Positions 59,760-64,000 of a stretch of 64,000 bases of DNA are shown here, piece by piece (the first letter of the stretch is position 1; the number at the start of each line of letters is the position of its first letter). The DNA is taken from assembly GCA_905339405.1 (NCBI GenBank), contig CAJPGC010000007.1, positions 27,739 through 91,738 of the forward strand, read 5' to 3'. The DNA comes from an uncultured bacterium. GTDB lineage: Bacteria > Desulfobacterota > GWC2-55-46. The translations under genes were made by a program, and so were the position numbers. The notes beneath the pieces were generated by a model that had not been told where the DNA came from, did not search any database, and was given only the letters and a program-made list of their open reading frames with translations.

Positions 59760-60847
59760 TGTTCTATCATTCGCTCATATCCGACTGGAACCACGGAAAC
59801 GCTCACTTCCTGAGGGGGATAGCCACAGAGCTCCTCTTCAGGGGGCACGATGTCGTGGTCTATGAACCGGAGGACTCGTGGAGCTACGCTAACCTCACGG
59901 CCGTCTGCGGGCAGGCTTCATGTATTTTCGAATCGAAGTACCCGTGGCTCAAAAGCCGCAGATACAGGCTCGAGCAGATAGACCTCGAGGCAGCTGTTTC
60001 GGAAGCGGACGTCGTAATAGTCCACGAATGGAACGACCATGAACTCGTAAGGAGGCTCGGGGACATGAGGGCGCGCTCTAGCTCCTTCAGCCTTTTTTTC
60101 CATGACACGCACCACAGGTCGGTTACTGAGCCGGAGGGCATGGCCGCGTACGACCTCTTTAACTATGACGGCGTTCTCGCCTTCGGAGACGTAGTGCGCG
60201 ACCTGTACCTGCGGCGCGGCTGGGCTGAGAGGGCATGGACCTGGCATGAGGCAGCTGACCTGCGCACGTTCAGGCCGCTCGAAGCTGAAAAGAAGGGAGA
60301 CCTAGTCTGGGTTGGGAACTGGGGCGACGGCGAAAGGGCGGCGGAGCTCTCGGAGTTTCTTCTCGAGCCGGTAAAATCATTAGGCCTCAAGGCGCGCATC
60401 CACGGCGTCAGATACCCCGAGGAAGCTTTGGCCAGCCTGGAGGACGCCGGGGTCGAGTACGCGGGCTGGACTCCCAACTTCGACGTGCCGGAGATTTTCG
60501 CATCGTTCAATTTTACCGTCCACGTGCCGAGAAGGCCCTACGCCGAATCGCTGCCCGGCATACCTACCATAAGGATTTTCGAGGCGCTAGCGTGCGGCAT
60601 CCCGCTTGTAAGCGCGCCCTGGGACGACTCTGAAGGGCTTTTCACTCCGGGGAAAGACTTCCTCGTGGCGAAGAACGGAGTGATGATGGAACGCCACCTC
60701 AAAGACCTTGCGAACGACAAAGCCATGAGATGGGAGATTTCCCGGAACGGCCTTGCGACGGTCCGCGCGAAGCACAGCTGCTCACACAGGGCTGACGAGC
60801 TCCTTGCGATATGCGGTGAACTCAAGGGAGGGATGGCAGCCATATGA
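59747..60847 (+). CDS. CgeB-like glycosyltransferase paralogue 1
   Basis: N-terminal SDWNHGNAHFLRG...GHDVVVYEP and C-terminal RIFEALACGIP motifs shared with the downstream paralogues. Confidence 0.65.
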   Translation: MRFVMFYHSLISDWNHGNAHFLRGIATELLFRGHDVVVYEPEDSWSYANLTAVCGQASCIFESKYPWLKSRRYRLEQIDLEAAVSEADVVIVHEWNDHELVRRLGDMRARSSSFSLFFHDTHHRSVTEPEGMAAYDLFNYDGVLAFGDVVRDLYLRRGWAERAWTWHEAADLRTFRPLEAEKKGDLVWVGNWGDGERAAELSEFLLEPVKSLGLKARIHGVRYPEEALASLEDAGVEYAGWTPNFDVPEIFASFNFTVHVPRRPYAESLPGIPTIRIFEALACGIPLVSAPWDDSEGLFTPGKDFLVAKNGVMMERHLKDLANDKAMRWEISRNGLATVRAKHSCSHRADELLAICGELKGGMAAI

Positions 60848-61926
60848 AACAGGGGCTTCAAATCGCTTTTTTCGGGTCGAGCCTCGTTTCAGCGTACTGG
60901 AACGGCGCGGCGACATATTACAGGGGAATAATAAAGGGCCTTAACGGCCTCGGCCATTCGATCAAGTTTTACGAGCCTGACGCCTACGACAGGCAGCGGC
61001 ACAGGGACATCGCCGACCCGGACTGGGCAAAGGTCGAGGTCTACCCGGCAACTCTCGACGGTGTTTCGAAAGCACTTGAGAAGGCATCTCGCGCGGACCT
61101 CATCGTAAAGGCGAGCGGAGTCGGCGTCTTCGACGAATTCCTCGAAAAGGCGGTGCTCGACATAAGGCGGCCCGGCGCGCTGGCAGCTTTCTGGGACGTC
61201 GACGCCCCGGCAACTCTCGAGCGCGTAAAGGAAAACCCGGCTGACCCGTTCAGGGCCCTCGCCGGAAAATACGACCTCGTGTTCACTTACGGCGGCGGCG
61301 AGCCTGTCGTGGCCGGTTACGGCGGGCTTGGAGCAGCGGCCTGTTGGCCGATATACAACGCGCTCGACCCGGCGACGCACTTTCCGGTCGCGCCTGTGGA
61401 GAGGTTCCGGGCGGACCTGGGTTTTCTCGGTAACAGAATGCCTGACCGCGAATCAAGGGTCTGGGAGTTCTTCTTCAACGCGGCAGCCGGCCTTCCGGAC
61501 AAGAAGTTTCTCCTCGGGGGGAACGGCTGGGACAAGGTGGCCATGCCGAACGTCAACTGGGTCGGCCACGTCTATACGCGCGACCATAACGCGTTCAACT
61601 CTACGGCCCTGGCGGTATTGAACGTCAACAGGGCTTCGATGGCAAGGTACGGCTTCTCGCCCCCGACGCGCATCTTCGAGGCTGCCGGGGCAGGCGCCTG
61701 CATCATAACCGACGAGTGGGAAGGCATAGGGATGTTTCTCGAGCCTGGCTCGGAAGTCCTTGTGGCTGAAAGCGGGGCCGAAGTGGGCGCGCTCGTAAAG
61801 GGGCTTACAAAGGAGAGGGCCGGTAAAATCGGCAGAAGGGCTTTCAAGAGGGTCATGGCCGAGCACACGTACGGTCATCGGGCAAGAGAGCTCGAGCGCA
61901 TCTTGAACGGACTGGCCGGCAGATAG
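60844..61926 (+). CDS. CgeB-like glycosyltransferase paralogue 2
   Basis: SAYWNGAATYYRG...GHSIKFYEP; C-terminal RIFEAAGAGAC. Confidence 0.65.
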   Translation: MKQGLQIAFFGSSLVSAYWNGAATYYRGIIKGLNGLGHSIKFYEPDAYDRQRHRDIADPDWAKVEVYPATLDGVSKALEKASRADLIVKASGVGVFDEFLEKAVLDIRRPGALAAFWDVDAPATLERVKENPADPFRALAGKYDLVFTYGGGEPVVAGYGGLGAAACWPIYNALDPATHFPVAPVERFRADLGFLGNRMPDRESRVWEFFFNAAAGLPDKKFLLGGNGWDKVAMPNVNWVGHVYTRDHNAFNSTALAVLNVNRASMARYGFSPPTRIFEAAGAGACIITDEWEGIGMFLEPGSEVLVAESGAEVGALVKGLTKERAGKIGRRAFKRVMAEHTYGHRARELERILNGLAGR

Positions 61927-61947
61927 GTCGAGAAAGAAAAGGAGTTT

Positions 61948-63042
61948 TTGATGAGCCTCCATCCGCTCAGGATAGTCATGCTCGGGCTTTCAATCACCTC
62001 TTCCTGGGGCAACGGCCACGCGAGCACCTACAGAAGTCTCGTCAAAGAGCTCACAGAGCGCGGCCATGACGTGCTCTTTCTGGAGCGCGACGTGCCCTGG
62101 TATAGGGAGAACAGGGACATGCCTTCGCCGCCATGGGGGCGCACGAGACTTTATTGCAGCCTCGAAGAGCTCAAAGACAGCTTCGAGCCGGACGTGAGGC
62201 AAGCCGACTTCGTCATGGTCGGCTCGTACGTGCAGGAAGGACGCGCGGTTGGCGAATGGGTAAACTCCGTGGCAAGGGGCGCGACTGCTTTTTACGATAT
62301 CGACACGCCGGTCACTCTCGCGAAGCTTGAAAAGGGCTGCTGCGAATATCTCTCGGCGCAGCTGGTCTCGAGGTACGACGTCTATCTTTCGTTCACTGGA
62401 GGTCCGATACTTGAAAAAATAGAGTCCAGGTACGGCTCGCCAATGGCGAGGCCCCTTTACTGCTCCGTCGACCCGGCGGTCTACAAGCCTCTTGACCTGC
62501 CGAAAAAATGGGACATGGGCTACCTTGGCACGTACAGCGCCGACAGGCAGCCCGTTCTCGACAGGCTTATGCTCGAGCCAGCAAGGCGCTCTCAAGGCAG
62601 GTTCGTCGTTGCGGGCCCTCTTTATCCTGAAACGGCAAAATGGCCAGCGAACACCGATAGGATAGAGCACCTGCCGCCGGGCCTGCACAGCGCGTTTTAC
62701 GGGTCGATGAAGTACACAGTAAACATAACGAGGGCGGACATGGTCAGGGCCGGGTATTCTCCGAGCGTCCGGCTTTTCGAGGCGGCCGCCTGCGCGGCAC
62801 CCATCATCTCCGACTACTGGGAAGGCCTTGAGACCCTGTTCAGGCCCGGAGAGGAGATACTCGTCTCCCGCTCCGCCGAAGATACTCTCAGGTATCTCCG
62901 TGAGCTTACGGTGGAGCAGAGGTCAAGGATAGGCGAGAGGGCCAGAGCCAGGGTGCTCTCCAGGCATACAGCCTCACACAGAGTCGATGAGCTGGAATCG
63001 TACATGGCAGACGTGCTCAAAAAACAGGAGGTGCTCGAATGA
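61948..63042 (+). CDS. CgeB-like glycosyltransferase paralogue 3
   Basis: SSWGNGHASTYRS...GHDVLFLERD; C-terminal RLFEAAACAAP. Confidence 0.65.
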   Translation: MMSLHPLRIVMLGLSITSSWGNGHASTYRSLVKELTERGHDVLFLERDVPWYRENRDMPSPPWGRTRLYCSLEELKDSFEPDVRQADFVMVGSYVQEGRAVGEWVNSVARGATAFYDIDTPVTLAKLEKGCCEYLSAQLVSRYDVYLSFTGGPILEKIESRYGSPMARPLYCSVDPAVYKPLDLPKKWDMGYLGTYSADRQPVLDRLMLEPARRSQGRFVVAGPLYPETAKWPANTDRIEHLPPGLHSAFYGSMKYTVNITRADMVRAGYSPSVRLFEAAACAAPIISDYWEGLETLFRPGEEILVSRSAEDTLRYLRELTVEQRSRIGERARARVLSRHTASHRVDELESYMADVLKKQEVLE

Positions 63043-63716
63043 CACACCATGAGCCTCGGCGAAGGTCATCTGGAGAAGCGGTAAACGTCGGCGGCGCAGA
63101 ACGCCTCATCTCCGCGCTTCTCGGCGGCTTCCTGGCACTTAAGGCTGCCAGAAAGGGCGGGCTGCTGAGGACTCTTGCCAGCGGGTATTTGGTGTACAGG
63201 GGCGCAACCGGCCACTGCGGGCTTTACAAGGCAGCCGGTATAAATACGGCTGAGGGCCGCGGGATAGTGCTCGACGAGACTGTGACCGTGAACAGGCCTG
63301 TCTCCGAGGTCTACGCCTTCTGGCGCAACCTCGAAAACCTGCCCGAGTTCATGGAGCACCTCAAGGAAGTGAACGTCATCGACAGGAAACGCTCCCACTG
63401 GGTCGCCGTTGTCCCGGGCGGAGCCCGCATAGAGTGGGACGCCGAGATAGTCGGAGAGAGCGAGAACGAATACATCGCCTGGCAGTCGCTGCCGTACTCA
63501 GACATTGAAACGCGCGGTTCAGTTGAATTCAGCGAAGCGCCCGGACACAGGGGCACCGTCATCAGGGTCCATATGCTCTACAACCTGCCGGGGGCGGGGA
63601 CGGCCGCAGTGGCGAGGCTTCTTGAGCATGTAACCTTCAGGCAGCTCCGCGGAGAGCTCCTGAGGTTCAAGGAGCTGATGGACGGCAAGGGGCCGGACAG
63701 GGCTATCGGAGAATAA
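63039..63716 (+). CDS. SRPBCC (cyclase/dehydrase-like) protein with N-terminal TM segment
   Basis: Polyketide_cyc2-like pattern (VTVNRPVSEVYAFWRNLENLPEFMEHL ... W.S). Confidence 0.6.
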   Translation: MTHHEPRRRSSGEAVNVGGAERLISALLGGFLALKAARKGGLLRTLASGYLVYRGATGHCGLYKAAGINTAEGRGIVLDETVTVNRPVSEVYAFWRNLENLPEFMEHLKEVNVIDRKRSHWVAVVPGGARIEWDAEIVGESENEYIAWQSLPYSDIETRGSVEFSEAPGHRGTVIRVHMLYNLPGAGTAAVARLLEHVTFRQLRGELLRFKELMDGKGPDRAIGE

Positions 63717-63783
63717 ATCCGCTTTGCTGGCCAAAAGGCATAAGGCTTTGGGCGCCTTATGCCTTTTTAATACCGGAGGTGAG

Positions 63784-64000
63784 ATGAAGCTCGCCGTTTT
63801 CGGCCTTACCATGAGCTCTTCCTGGGGCAACGGGCACGCTACCATCTGGAGGGGTCTTTGCCGCGGCCTAGCGAAAAGAGGGCACAGGGTAGTCTTCTTC
63901 GAGAGGGACGTCCCGTACTACGCCTCGCACAGGGATATGCTCTCTCCGGAGGGAGCCGAGCTTGTCCTCTACGGGTCGTGGGAAGATATAAAAAGGCGCG
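63784..64000 (+). CDS. CgeB-like glycosyltransferase paralogue 4 (3'-truncated by the window edge)
   Basis: SSSWGNGHATIWRG...GHRVVFFERD, same signature as paralogues 1-3. Confidence 0.6.
   Translation, partial: MKLAVFGLTMSSSWGNGHATIWRGLCRGLAKRGHRVVFFERDVPYYASHRDMLSPEGAELVLYGSWEDIKRR

Overview
This is a GC-rich (about 60%) bacterial chromosomal segment, densely coded and mostly on the + strand. Codon usage is distinctive (AGG/AGA for Arg and ATA for Ile despite high GC). Gene content (DUF4388, an MJ0042-type zinc ribbon, an ApgM-like gene next to thrC, Frz/Dif-like che genes) suggests a deltaproteobacterial-type (Myxococcota/Desulfobacterota-like) lineage; this is inference.

Layout, in order:
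- c-type cytochromes (5' partial multihaem plus a monohaem lipoprotein), a periplasmic VanX-like D-Ala-D-Ala dipeptidase, and an acyltransferase-3/alpha-beta-hydrolase fusion.
- A PAS histidine kinase and a sigma-54 NtrC-type activator, immediately followed by a 12-gene chemosensory cluster (REC, cheW, MCP, cheR, cheA, cheB, cheY-like, cheX, DUF4388, zinc-ribbon-REC, coiled-coil GAF, REC). The cluster is preceded by a textbook sigma-54 promoter and an upstream inverted repeat.
- A secreted-protein island: an unknown secreted protein, an ankyrin/TPR lipoprotein, and a secreted protein with a C-terminal papain-like domain.
- A translationally coupled 5-gene operon: radical-SAM/SPASM, adenylating enzyme, adenylating enzyme fused to a carrier protein, a DltD-like SGNH protein, and a DltB-like MBOAT. 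This is the best candidate for an undescribed cell-envelope acylation/aminoacylation system.
- tRNA-Gln(CTG) on the minus strand, then the canonical yceD-rpmF-plsX-fabH-fabD-fabG-acpP-fabF block followed by rpiB and glyA.
- A DUF3343 protein plus a small zinc-ribbon ORF, then lipA.
- aminotransferase-hom-thrC followed by an ApgM-type phosphoglycerate-mutase homologue, a candidate non-canonical homoserine kinase.
- mtgA, then a lexA-orf-dinB SOS operon with a palindromic operator overlapping the lexA start.
- A low-GC island with a possible sRNA and three small paralogous hydrophobic-peptide ORFs (type-I-toxin-like).
- deaD, then a convergent PLD (two HKD motifs) and EEP hydrolase pair, and a DUF421 membrane operon.
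- A glycan-biosynthesis island: epimerase, B12-radical-SAM, GT1, and four tandem CgeB-like paralogues interrupted by an SRPBCC protein.

No CRISPR array, transposase, integrase or rRNA was seen.
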